From assembly GCA_018398765.1 (NCBI GenBank), contig JAHBMJ010000212.1, positions 1-64,000 of the forward strand: a stretch of 64,000 nucleotides of DNA, in the 5' to 3' direction. Shown in pieces: positions 13,216-25,637 of this stretch. Each line of letters starts with the position of its first letter. Within the stretch, counting starts at the first letter, position 1. The notes below the pieces were generated by a model that was not told where the DNA came from, searched no databases, and saw only the letters and a program-made list of their open reading frames with translations. Source of the DNA: Chromera velia. Its lineage: Eukaryota. The position numbers and the translations under genes were made by a program.

Positions 13216-15258
13216 GAGAACATAACCAGAGGGAAGACTTTGTGAAGTCAGTGCATTTAAAAAAAATTCTTCTTTCCTCTTCTACCCTCCCAACAAAGAC
13301 CGCATCCCTTCCTACTTCCGGAGAACAGCTCTTCAACAGAAACTGATAGTTTGTAGAACTGATATCTGCAGAGCACTTATTACAGGATATTGCAGGAGAG
13401 TCGGACTGGGAAAACATAAAAGTCCTCCATGAGACCCACACACTCTCTGAGTCCTCCCTCCTCCGGTCCTCTCATGCACATCATGCAGCTTTTTCTCTTC
13501 CTCTGGGCAGAAAACACACGGGATATTTGGAAGGCCCCCGCAGTCAGAAAAAGCGTTTCTAAATCAGCGGCAATGACAAACACAGAGAAAGAGGACAGAA
13601 ACTTTAAGTCGATGACAAGCATGTTAAAAAAGAAAAGGCATGCATATGAAAATATGTAGGAGAAGCATTGAATATAGTGCAAGCACATATAAAGAAGGAC
13701 AAATAAAATACTGCAAAGCCATGCATATTGAAAGAAGTACGAGGCCCGGGGCATTAAAAATGGTGCAAGCATATTTCAGGAAGGAGAAAGAACATACTGC
13801 GACAGGAAACGGAGGCACGCGAACATATGAATGTTATTGGACATACTTAGGCTCATTAGGAGGGTATAAACAAGCACAACAAAGAGATTGAAAGCTAGTA
13901 GAACTCACTAAAGCTTTGAATTATACACAGGATTCAAGTTGTATACTTTCTGTGCCCAGTAGTCTTCAGCACGAGGCGGAGTTGCCCAAAAAGGGTTCTT
14001 TGCAGGTACTCACTTGGCATTAATCTTCCAAAAGTCGCGCTGCTGCTTCTGTGCAAACAAAAGTATGTGTTCTTTCTGGTGTTGGGGCACTCTAGAACGG
14101 TTATCTCCAGTCAGAGTTGCCAAAGAACTTTACACCGTAGTTTAGCTGAAAGTACAGTACATTGTACAACATTGTAGTGTAGTTTAAAAAAAAATTTTTA
14201 GATGGGCATAATAAAAGGAAAGAGACCTACTAGTAGCAAGAACTTATTAATCAATTAAATCAATCAATCAATCCGTTATTGAAGCCTACAATTAAAGTGC
14301 TAAGAGAAATGAATCAGAAGTTATAATGATGTTATAATGAATTCATGCAAAGAATAATAATTTTAAAGAATGATGAATCATTAATGATTCAGAGTCACTG
14401 AGTCAGAGTCAGCCAGACAGAGACTGGAAATAAGACTTTCTCATTTCTCTCAGCTGGTTATACACCCTTGGAGAGCTAGCTTTTCCAATGGCGATTCAGG
14501 TTTTCATCTCTACCCTCGGTGTAGCAATATCTGACAACTCTGCACTTAGTCTAACTTCGGGCGACCGCAGTTAACTAACTGTACTGACAATTGAAACTTT
14601 TGTACTAGAAAGTGACTTTAAAAAATTTAGTTTTTAAAACATTAAAATAGATAGTTTAACCTTTAAACTAATTGATTTTCATAATTTATTTAAGACTATT
14701 TAAGCTTAGTAAGATGTTTAAAAAATGAAATAAAAAAATGTATATATAGAGTATATATTTTTTCAAAACTATAAATTGTCTGGTACCTATCATCGTAAAT
14801 TAACGCGAAGACGAAAACAAAATAAAAAATGTATCTGAATGGCTCTGAATTGATCCGATTGAAACATTTCTTCTCATGATCATAACTGTTTTGTTTTCAA
14901 TTCATATGAGGCACTGCTCAANNNNNNNNNNNNNNNNNNNNNNNNNNNNNNNNNNNNNNNNNNNNNNNNNNNNNNNNNNNNNNNNNNNNNNNNNNNNNNN
15001 NNNNNNNNNNNNNNNNNNNNNNNNNNNNNNNNNNNNNNNNNNNNNNNNNNNNNNNNNNNNNNNNNNNNNNNNNNNNNNNNNNNNNNNNNNNNNNNNNNNN
15101 NNNNNNNNNNNNNNNNNNNNNNNNNNNNNNNNNNNNNNNNNNNNNNNNNNNNNNNNNNNNNNNNNNNNNNNNNNNNNNNNNNNNNNNNNNNNNNNNNNNN
15201 NNNNNNNNNNNNNNNNNNNNNNNNNNNNNNNNNNNNNNNNNNNNNNNNNNNNNNNNNN

Positions 15259-16085
15259 ACAAGAAGGCCGAACTTGGGAAGACAGTCGGGCCAGCAGGAA
15301 CAACAAAATTGGGAAGGCCATCGGGCAAGCAAGATGACCGAAATTAGGAAGCGTTAGGAGGAAACTTGGGCAGGAAGGAAGGCCAAAATAAGAAAGGCAA
15401 TCAGGCAGGCAGGAAAACCGAAATCGAGAAGGCAATCAAGCGGGCAGGAAGGCCGAAATTGGAAGGCAGTCAGGCCGCCAAGAAGACCGAAATTGGAAGG
15501 CAGGCATGTGGGCAGAAAGAACGAACTCTGGAAGGCAGTCAGACATACAAGAAGGCCGAACTTGGGAAGACAGTCGGACCAGCAGGAACAACAAAATTGG
15601 GAAGGCCATCGGGCAAGCAGGATGACCGAAATTAGGAAGCGTTAGGAGGAAACTTGGGCGGGAAGGAAGGCCGAAATAGGGAAGGCAATCAGGCAGGCAG
15701 GAAAGCCGAAATTGGGAAGGCAACCGGACAAGCAGGAAGGCCGAAATTGCGAAGTCAGTCAGGCAGACAGAAAGGCCGAAATTTGGAAAGCATTGAGGCA
15801 GACAGAAAGACTGAAATTTGGAGGGCAGTCAGGCAGGCAAGAAGGCCAAAATCGGAAAGCAGTCAGCATGGCAGGAATGCAAAACTCTGAAAGGCAGTCA
15901 GGCAGGCAAAAAGGCTGAAATTGGGAAGGCTGAAATTGGGAGCGCGGCGAAGGCCGAAATTAGAAAAGCAATAGGGCGGGCGGAAAGGCCGAAATTGGGA
16001 AGGCATTTAGCCAGACAGAAAGGCCGAAAGCTGGAGGGCAGTCAAGTAGGCAAGAAGGGCGAAATTTTGGAGGCAGTCAGGCAGG
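15259..16085 (+). repeat. Degenerate ~35-bp tandem array with a 288-bp higher-order duplication, inside the TIR element
   Basis: Repeated GCAGGAAGGCCGAAATTGGGAAGGCA-like units; the block starting at 15259 recurs at 15547. Confidence 0.9.
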
Positions 16086-16454
16086 TAGAAAAAAACACAG
16101 GCTCGGCACGTAGGGGCGCTGCTCCTTTTTGCAGTCTGAAGACTGCGGCCTTAACGAAAATGCAAAGACCTACCTCTGGAGGAGTTGAGGAAGGACTGGG
16201 AGCTAAAACAAGCATCTCTCGGAGGAGACCCACGACCTACAAAGAGCAGAGGAGGGGGGCAGGGGTGAACGACATACGCAAAAGGAGACGGCAGTTTTGT
16301 GCCTTGCCGAGAGCAGACCGGTCAGTCATTCAGAAATCATAATGGCTAGGTTGCAGCCATACAGGAACATTCATAGACATCGTACAAAGCCTTCTGCATG
16401 CACCAAGAAGGCTCATCTCTGCAAACAAGATTTTTTCAATTCCCTCACTGGGAG

Positions 16455-16626
16455 GGGGGGGTGGACCCTCTCGCAGGGGTACGAAGCTGGCCAATTTGGT
16501 ACCCTTGGTAGAGGGGGGAGGTCCGACCTGCTCTGCAGGTTTGCGTCCAAAATATGTCTAGGAGTGTTTCCACCAGGGGTTCTAAATTGGCCAGCTTCGT
16601 ACCCTTGCGAGACGGTCCACCCCCCC
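16455..16626. repeat. ~58-bp inverted repeat flanking a ~56-bp loop (hairpin)
   Basis: Arms 16455-16512 and 16569-16626 are near reverse complements (GGTGGACCCTCTCGCAGGGGTACGAAGCTGGCCAATTT / AAATTGGCCAGCTTCGTACCCTTGCGAGACGGTCCACC). Confidence 0.9.
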
Positions 16627-18433
16627 TTGTTGCTAGTGGAACAATACAAAACGAACTGACCTGATTGAGCGATCCAAACTGGTACAGCAACCTTTTTAGT
16701 TGTTGTACAACTCCTTTGCACCGAGGCAACCACTCCCACGAGCAACCAGAGGTGTTCAGCCAACACAGATACCGGAGGGGGAAAAAACTCCGGAATCTGT
16801 AACCCCTCCAAAAATAAGGTTCTGGAATAAAAAGCTGAACACGATTTCGTCGTTGTCAAGCCTTCCAATACAATCCAATGGAATGCTTAACAACGAGATT
16901 TTGTGAATAGAGGCCCATTCTGTTGACCTGACTTTCTGACTGGAGGAGAACTTTCTGAAGACCTGACTGAGAATTTTTCAGATCGGCATTTTGATGGGTC
17001 AGCGCGCAGCTAGGAAGTGCTTTTTAGCCTTGGTGGCCGGCCGGGCTCTGGTCTGCAACGCGTAGCTTGCCTTCCGGGGCCGTCATATAGTTGGCCAATC
17101 TAAAATCGGCTCCCAAAATCGGCTTTCCGTCGAATGTTTCAAGTCGATCAAAGCATGACCTAGTACCGCCTCTCTCCCATCACACAGACTTGCTCTCCAG
17201 CAATGAAAGTAGGCTTTATCGAAAGCCTAGAGGATTGACTTCTTTGTTTTTTCTTGGGTTTATGACATTCACTCTACTGGTTGCCCTGAGAGGGCAATTT
17301 CGATCTTCCATCACGAAGGGCACGGCCCGTCTCCACGCAAAAGGGCTTACGAAGTTGCCCCAGTAAAGGTTCTATTGAATCCCTTCCATGCGTACGCTCT
17401 AACAAGCTCTAGATGAGGAGCTAGAAAGGCTTTCTGGATGAGGGGGCCAGCTTTGGGTGGCCAGAAGGTGAGCCACTTTACAAATTTTTGCATATCTGTA
17501 CTGCAGGTCAGACTGAGCCTTTCTCGGAGGACCGTTTGTCGGTGCTTGGGTTTTGTGAGGAAACATTACAGCTGGTAATCTCGGGTGATCTGAAGTTGTG
17601 GAAGTGAGGTGCAGCTCTTGTTTGCATGAGAATTTGGAGGTAGAGCTCCTGGGTGGACTAAGACCCAGTGGCCAGTGCCGGGCCTCACCCAGAAAAAACA
17701 AGAACGCTATGATGGCTGGTCGTGGGCAAGGCCCTCTGGCTAGAGACCATCGATCAATCAAGCTTTCAGAAGCTAAGCATTTACCTCTTGCACGGTTATA
17801 GTGCTCAACATTTGTTTGGTTGAACTGCTTTCTGTGGGTGTCAAATCGGCAGATCTGTTTGCGAACATTCATTCTTACCTTTCATGGGGGTTGCCCGCTG
17901 TGTGTTCCCTCCTTACATCAGTGTGCGAATTCGGTGTATTCCATTAGAAGTAAAAGTTAGCTTGTTTGTGTATTATACTGCACATTGTCACATGCCTGCA
18001 GAGTCTGCAATCACTCCCCGACATATCAACATACTATAACTCTTTCACCTCACTCATGTCCAACAATTTCCAACATACACACCACAAACCCATTAAACCT
18101 TATCTTTAAAAGTTATTCATACTTTCATGCAGGTAAAAAACAATAAATAGAATCATTCTAAGTGCTTTAAAAACTTAGTTTTTTGTATAAAATTTAGTGT
18201 GATACATAGAAAATTAAAAGTCACTTTCTAGTACAAAAGTTTCAATTGTCAGTACAGTCAGTTGTCTGGGTCTTCAAAAGATCTGTGCGGCAGGGGGGGC
18301 GGGTCTGGCAGGGGTCTTCGGAAGCGCTTTAGAAGATCTGTGCGGTAGGGGGGGCGGGTCTACAAGCTGAGGCCCTGTACGTGCATTTCTGATCTAAAGA
18401 CATGATGGAGCAAAAAAAAAAGAAAACAAAACG

Positions 18434-19006
18434 ATGAGTGCAGTAGCAGTGGCGATTGCGACACCTCCGTTAGCCTAGTCTAGCGTATGGCATTGCAAAC
18501 ACTGTCAAAAACAGTGTAAAGACTCCAGGTATCTCAACCAACACCTTCGAGCGTGCCCGCAGAGGCATAAAAACCTTGAGAAAGAGCTTCGCGAGAAAGA
18601 CCAGAGATTGGTCCAGCTGCGTGAGAACTAAAATAACATGGTCCACATGCAAAAGCAGATAGCTGACCTCAAAGACGAGCTTCTGCAGCGAGTGTAAGAA
18701 ATGTTTTCCCAATTTCTGCAGCAACAGCAGCGGTCAGAACAAGCTCCAGCTCTTCTAGCGCCTGGGGTTTCTCCTTCCAAGCCAATAGGCGAGACAGTTA
18801 CGGTCCTTTTCTCCAGGAACAACAGGCGACCCTTGGAGCCTCTTCCACGTAAAGCGCCGTCGCGGTCATCGTATGGTGCTCCTGCAGTGCCAGCAGAGGA
18901 GGACACTCAGGCTATTTCGGTAGTCACATTTAGTGATGCAGTTCATAGAGAAAAGAAAACAGAAAGTATAGAGAAGGGCGTCGCCTTAGCGCGCGGCGCC
19001 GCATGA
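18434..19006 (+). pseudogene. C2HC/C2H2-type zinc finger plus coiled-coil protein relic (transposon cargo)
   Basis: One frame from ATG 18434: MSAVAVAIATPPLA*SSVWHCKHCQKQCKDSRYLNQHLRAC (Cx2Cx12Hx3C), then heptad-like LEKELREKDQRLVQLREN*NNMVHMQKQIADLKDELLQRV*. Stops are TAG/TAA. Confidence 0.65.
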
Positions 19007-21769
19007 GAAATTCGCTTTTATAGATATCCCGGAAAAAAGTAGAACACGAGACGGCTGACAGAATATAAAACGGTGGCCGAACCAAGAACGCTATGAGGAG
19101 CAGAAACAGTAGATAAAAGAATACGTCCAAGTCTGTCAGATGCCGGGACTGAGCCACGTCGAAGACGGTGCAATTGACAGCGCGTCAGGCATGGTGGCTC
19201 GGGGCCCAGGGGGGTAAAACTATCGGGGTAGACAGAAAAACGCCCGCCCGCCCACCCAAGAAACAGAGAGGCTGAGAGAGCCACGTCAAGGACGATGCGT
19301 CAGGGACAGTGGCTGGGGGTCTTAAGAGGTGTCTTGATCGAAATAGATAAAAAAAAAACAACCGCCGACTCATCCCATGCAAGGGATGGTAGGAGGCAGA
19401 GGAACGTTCGAATTGTGTGGAATTTTGCAGGTCTTCCCCGCCCACCCACCCAATGGCGTTGCACCGTGGTGGTCTCCCTTCGGACAGCCCACCCTTCGAA
19501 TGCGGTCCGGCCAGCAGGAGGGTCGTAGCCCTTTTATGGCCTACGTTCGGGATTTTTCTCGTCGGGATTTCGGGGCTAGAGAGTGTCACTTGAGATTGGA
19601 GCTAGCCCGGCAGGCTCATTCAAGCGGTCACTCTCAAACCCTATCTTTAAAAGTTGTTCATACTTTCATGCAGGTAAGAAACAATAAATAGAATCATTCT
19701 AAGTGCTTTAAAGACTTAGATTTTTATATAAAATTTAGTGTGATATATAGAAAATTAAAAGTCACTTTCTGGTACAAAAGTTTCAATTGTTAGTACAGTC
19801 AGTTAGTTTATGCTAGAGTTTACACATATCTTCCCTCCATCTCCGTTCCCGGTCGCAAAGACTATGGACTCCTGGAACCCAACAATGATTGGACAAGGCC
19901 AATTCGCCTTCGGCTCTACCGCAATCATCTGCAGGAATAAATATAAACATTTAGGAAAAAACTATAGTTTAAAAGGCTGGCAGGGATATAATTGCGTATA
20001 TTATTGTGAGATGAACCATTTTTTATGTTTTATATTGTTAAGTTTAGCTATAAAAGCCCTAGTACTATGCTACAGGAGCTAGCGTACGGTTATTTTCAAA
20101 CTACATTGATGAATTCAAACGTCCTAAAACACTACAACGTAGTTTGTCCTCGGCTAGAAAACAATAGAATACATCATAATACACTGTAATACAATATTTT
20201 TTTGCAACCTTGCCTCCAGTCCACTTAAGTTTCTGTGCTTGGTCTTGCACCGACGGAGCGACATTTTCAAAAACCATAGAGGGCTGGCCTCCGGACCCTG
20301 GGGCTCCTATGTCTGTAGCAGCAGCCCCATCTCCCATCACTACTATATCATCCAAGTCCATAGGAGCGGCTGCCTCATGATTGCCCAAGGCCGCATCCTG
20401 ACCACCAGCCACAGATGAACTTGATGAAGATGATGCAACGCCTAGAGGGAGAGACGCTGCAGCTGCAGCAGTTTCTTCTTCTTCTTCTTCCTATGGTAGA
20501 TGATGATACGAAGAAAAGCATTTCAGTCTCACTTCTTCATACCGTTGGGTAAGAAAGAACTGAACATATCGTCATTCTGTGAAGCCTTTCCACTTTATCA
20601 TCAGACAAGCTTTGATTTATTTTAAGGCGTTCAACACCCACTGAACAGTGGTTGACTCCCCGCTATTGAAGCGATCACCGAAAGCCGCAGCTATCTCTGT
20701 GAGTTTCTGGTGCCAGTGGTCATTTGCCCTTCGCAGTATATGTGCTCCGACGCGTTTGTCGGCACCTCTTCGGTGTGTGATCCATTATGGTAGATAGAAA
20801 TACAAGTTGGACGCAAAACTGCAAAACCCGCTAAAGACAGAAAAGCCGACGATGTGAAGCTCTTGGAAAATCAAAGCAGTGTTGAACACGCAGTGACATA
20901 TTAACTTTATAGACAACCTAACACTCTGTGAACTTTCTGTTGAGTGACTGTGTAGGCGGTTATACAGTGAAAAAGAGAGTCGATAGCCCCGGAAAGCGAA
21001 ACAGGGGGCACTTACAAAACAGAAATACTCCAGCTCACGCGTGCACGCAGTGTCTTTCGCCAAAAACCCGGCCCCAAAAGGCTGAATTTGCAAGATGCGT
21101 GCGTCAGATGGTTTCAGATCTCCACTTACCCCCGGGCTTTTTTTCCGGAGAAGGGGGGGGGTTCCGCGCATATTTTTTTCCCGCGGGGGGGGCGGGGGGG
21201 GAGGGTCGGCGCAAGGCTGGCCGGCGTGCGTCAATCGTGAACTTCTCATTTTTCTTGCTTTCCGGGGCCGTTCGCACGCTTGCTTGCATCAAATGACACA
21301 CACGTTCGAATTCGATTGCATGCTTGGCATGCACGTAGTCTCACGATGTCGTCTCACATGGTGAGGCATCGTCGTGCCCCCCCCATATAGCTGTAGGTGG
21401 CCATGCGGTTTTTGACGCACGCAAGCGTATGTTGGCACGCAGTTGGACCTGCGGGCCATGATACGACGTCCGCGTACGCAGATTTCACCATCCATGCATG
21501 CATGTATGCAGAATTTAGTTCCATTGATTTACTCTGCATCGATTTAGTGACATATGCATCGATTTGCTCTGCATATGACATTGATTTCTTCTAGGGCACC
21601 ACATGGTTGAACGTCTCTGATTCAAAGTTTGAACGGTGGCGTCTTAGGCCTACAAACAAGGTGCCTTCGCACAAGCAATGCAAAATCAGGGATGGGAGTG
21701 GGGGTTCCTTAGACGCAGGTGCGCATCAGGTTGCGTAATGCCTGGAGGGAGGCACGTTTTCCTTGCAGG

Positions 21770-23474
21770 GGCCCAAAGCGCCCGTGTCTGCCCCACGTGG
21801 CGCCCAAACATGACCTGGCTGGAGTACATGGGAACCCCCGTCACTCTTTGGCTCCGCAGCCCAGAGATCTAGCCCAGAGATAGGATATGCCAGGCCAGCA
21901 TCATGCGCCCATACATTGGCAGCATCCCCTCTAACCCTGACATCGTCGGCGTCTGAGGTCTGGGTGGTATTTTTCTCTTCTCTTCTCTCTCCTGACTGAT
22001 TCGTGACTAACCTGCACGGCTGGCTCTGTCTTCTTCCTTCCAGTACATCGGTTGTGCTGCCCCCTCAATATACCTAGACTTCACATTCATATCTGAGCGA
22101 AGCCTTCCTTTATATTTCCAGGGACAGCTGAGCAGCCTGACTTTTTCACGGATGCACTTGAAAAAATTCGTGATCAGACTGAGATTTCGTTATGTATCTG
22201 TCTCCTCAGAGTCAGACACAAATCTAGAGTCACATTACAAAGAAATCCACAGACTTGCCTGCACAAATAATAGTACGGAACGCTGTTCTGCTTTTTTGTG
22301 TCATAGTAATATAGCAGGTGGCTGGGCAGTGGGTCTTCATCGCGTCCTACTGCACACCTCCAATCTGTGCACTGATGACCAAAAGCTCAACTACATCCAT
22401 ACCTATAAACCGAACCCCCGAGCCACACTCTCGGCCTACCATCATGAAGTGCTATACAACTTTCAATCCAAACGGAACGGCATCACCCTACAGGCACGAT
22501 TGACTGTCCTCGGGTTCCGCATGGTCGCGCATGGTTAGCCTGTTGATCGACCATTATGCATGCAAGTATACATATTTATATGATGCCCTGTATGTCCTGT
22601 ATATGACGCGCTCAAACAGGAAAGAAATTTGACTGTAATACGTGTATATGAGTTGGTGCACGTCTTTCTCTGTGTACGATCATTCAGATGATAGATACAT
22701 GCAGTCGGAAGCGAGCCCACCTCGATAATTAAACCCATATAGCTAGAAAGCTCGCAGCTAGGCTCGCAGAACATTTTTGCACTTCGTTTCGTAGCGGGCC
22801 TGCAGGCAGTCGCCGAGATCTCTTCCAAAAACTCAAGCAATCAATGGGCATGAACCTTTTCACTGCTGTACATGCATGTATTGATATGCAAAATAATAGA
22901 ATTCCAAAATAAACGCATATCGATCTAAACTTCCTCGCCCGATCCTCATAGATGTATGTATGAGGCAATGTTCTCCTCACTCAGTGTCGGTCTAAAGGGC
23001 TGTATGTGGTCATAGTAGTCTTCTAGTGCTCACGGCCTTGACAGCTTAGCATCATTTTTTTTTCTATCACTGAGAGGCACGCAGGACTGGGCTTTTCGAT
23101 TCTGTTTGGCTTCCCCTGCATGCGTCAGAGTCAAGTATGCAGTCTGAACCCTTCCCTTAATTTTTCTTTCCCTTCCCTGCCTGCAGCTGTCGGTTCACTT
23201 TAAGGTAACGGTGAGTGGTGAGTTGCAACCGTTCAAGGTAAAGGCTTGCTTTGACGTGGGGCGGCACCAAGACCTCTCCCTGCTGAATGGGGGCTCGATC
23301 TCGACGTTCGTAAACAGCGGTTCGAAGGTTGGAGGGGCTCTAGGAACTGAGCACTGCAGGGTAATTAGTAGATATGCCAATTTATATGGAGATCCAGGAG
23401 TGCTCCAAGGGATTGAATTTTTTCGGAAGAGGAAAAGTGAGGACAGATTCAGAAGAAGAAAAATACGTATTTGA
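21770..23474 (+). pseudogene. Exon-like relics of an unknown spliced gene
   Basis: Protein-like blocks following CAG acceptors at ~21770, ~22044, ~22318 and ~23187, with internal stops. No domain recognised. Confidence 0.3.
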
Positions 23475-25248
23475 GGAGGTGACACTGTCAGGGAAAACAG
23501 AGGAAGACAGAAAAAAGATGAACTCTGAGAAGGACATGGAGATTTACGTTTGATTTTGGAGTAGATTCTAGAGTGAATTCAATTTCAAGAGGAACAAATG
23601 AATAGAAAAAGGAAGACCTGACCTTACATAGGACCTATCACACATATAAGTAGCTTGATTATATGAATCAGATGATACGATTGTACATCTTCAATTATAA
23701 CTGCCGGGGTTTTTAGTGTTGTCTTAGTTAGTGTCCCTCTACTATGCTCCCCTTTTCTTTGAACATCCTGAAGTTCCATTTTTTTGCATCCGTTAGGTCG
23801 GTTGGTTCTCTGGTTGCTCTATCAGTCGCTTGTGTCAGAGGTCTATCTGGTTTACTGGCAGTGTTTCTACTTGTTGATCTGTTTGCCTTTTGTCTACATG
23901 CCAACGAGACCGTATATGTTGATCCGTTTTTCTCTAGATCCTTCAAAAAAACTTCCAAATTTATGAAAAAAAGAAAAATATTTTCCTTAAAAAAAATTAG
24001 TAGGGCGGTTTATAGAGTCGTATAATACTTTGCGGCCCCACAAAATCATTATGATGCATAGTATAATAATACTGAGTTTCATTAAATCCTAGATTAAATG
24101 AAATCTATAATGAAATTTAGTTCTATAAAATTTGTTATTTTTAATCAGTTTGGCGGATCGAGTTCATATATTCATCTTTGTACATGGATGTATATATTAT
24201 TATCATGTATCCACATCTAGATCTATATTATCTAAAAAAAAAAGAAACTGTCTTGTGTGTTACCGATGTTTTTGTTAATAATGCATGCCGCGCCCTTATA
24301 TATGAGAGACGGATCTAAATAGAATGGTTTTTATTTTTGCCTAGATTTTTGTATCTCTCGATCAGTATCTCTCAGTCTCTTAATCAGGCCATGTCTGGCC
24401 GACTCAGGTGATTCAGGCCTTCCGATTCAAGGACCGATTGCCCTTTTCTACATTGCTTTCTTATAATGAATTTTATTATTGAATTAATACATAGCCGCAC
24501 ACTTGTGATGATGATAATGATGATTGAGGGTTAAATCCTGGACCCAGCAATACTAGATCCCAAGTTACTAACAAGGTATTGAGGATAACTTAGAGCACGC
24601 ATTGATTCAAATTAATTGGGGAGAGGGGGGGATGAGGAAGCCTGCATGCTAATCGGATCGAAACAATGAAGCTTCTAGCTTCAGACACTCGATCGGCTAC
24701 CGCTTTAGAGCCGCTTCTAGGCAGGATTGTACATACACAACAGCAACAGTATCTAGAACATTATTTTTTTTATATCTATAGTTTCATATTTTTCTCTCTA
24801 TATGTTTTCTAATTTTGTCGTATTAAAAAAAACTAAAAATTAAACGTGATTAGTTATCTGACCCAGCCTGATTGGTTTATATCTTTTTTTTTTTAAAGAA
24901 CAAACGTTCACAAACTTAAAAGCGGGAGCAAAAAACTCTTAGCAGTTTTTAAATAGCTATACTCATCCTAATTCTAGTTGCAGCATTTACAGCCAATGGT
25001 TAGCATGATTAATATATATATATATATATATATAAATCATTTAAAAACATTGGGGTGGGAGGCCAATCCTCTGGACATAAATCCTAATCCTAATCGATCC
25101 TAAAAGATTAACAGTTTATATTTGTATGATAACGGTTTAGATAACCGACGTTATCAGCAGAGAGGGAGAGGCATAACAGGCATGCGGTACCAAAGGAAGA
25201 CTGGATAAACAAAGTGATATTTTCTTTCTTTCCATTTCTTTCTTTCCT

Positions 25249-25288
<40 letters not shown>

Positions 25289-25637
25289 TCCTTCGTTCAT
25301 TCCTTCCCTCCTTCTTTCTTAAAGCCTTTGCATTCTTTTCAGCTCTTCTTTCCTTGTTTGAATCAAATCTTTTCTTCTCTTTATTTTTTTTGAAACAAAT
25401 CAAGTTGATCTTTGCGAGCACTCATCTTTTAGGTTTTCTCCTTTTCGGTCGTTCAGAGCTTTGACTGCTTTGAATGATTAACCTAGCCTTCGGGCGGCGT
25501 ATGCCAGTTGAATTCTAAGAGATCGAACGCTTTTCCATCCGACGTTCTGTTCTTTGTCATAAAAAATGGAGAATAACACACAGTGAAGTGCAAGGCAAGA
25601 AATGCATGTATCGTGATGAGACGTATCGTTGCATATA

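Larger units (their letters stand above)
14573..19804 (+). mobile_element. Composite or nested TIR DNA transposon (AACT-terminus family), non-autonomous
   Basis: ~47-bp TIR AACT(A/G)ACTGTACTGACAATTGAAACTTTTGTACYAGAAAGTGACTTT at 14573 and, inverted, ending at both 18263 and 19804. AGTT flanks both outer ends (14569-14572 and 19805-19808), a 4-bp TSD. Contains an N-gap at 14922-15258. Confidence 0.85.
9955..20790 (-). pseudogene. Large decayed coding region of unknown product, interrupted by a minisatellite and the 14573-19804 TIR insertion
   Basis: Protein-like minus-strand frames broken by stops and frameshifts at 20790-20100, ~19930-14430 (reads across the excised insertion: ...WREDMCKL*HKL|RSPEVRLSAEL...), 13441-13215, 12064-11297 and 10405-9955. 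Linking these into one gene is inferred. Confidence 0.45.

Noticed and set aside
14876..15435. ORFs spanning the N-run
   Set aside because: Assembly-gap artefacts.
15259..16085. CRISPR-like or coding repeat array
   Set aside because: Degenerate head-to-tail repeats without spacers; the ORFs are by-products of the repeat.
16630..17900. Transposase within the AACT-TIR element body
   Set aside because: Frames read by eye in the copies gave no DDE/D, HUH or tyrosine-recombinase motif; left unassigned.
21125..21210. Helitron 3' hairpin or G-quadruplex regulatory element (also 37790-37860)
   Set aside because: G/C homopolymer-rich and error-prone; no adjacent CTRR end or Rep/helicase evidence.
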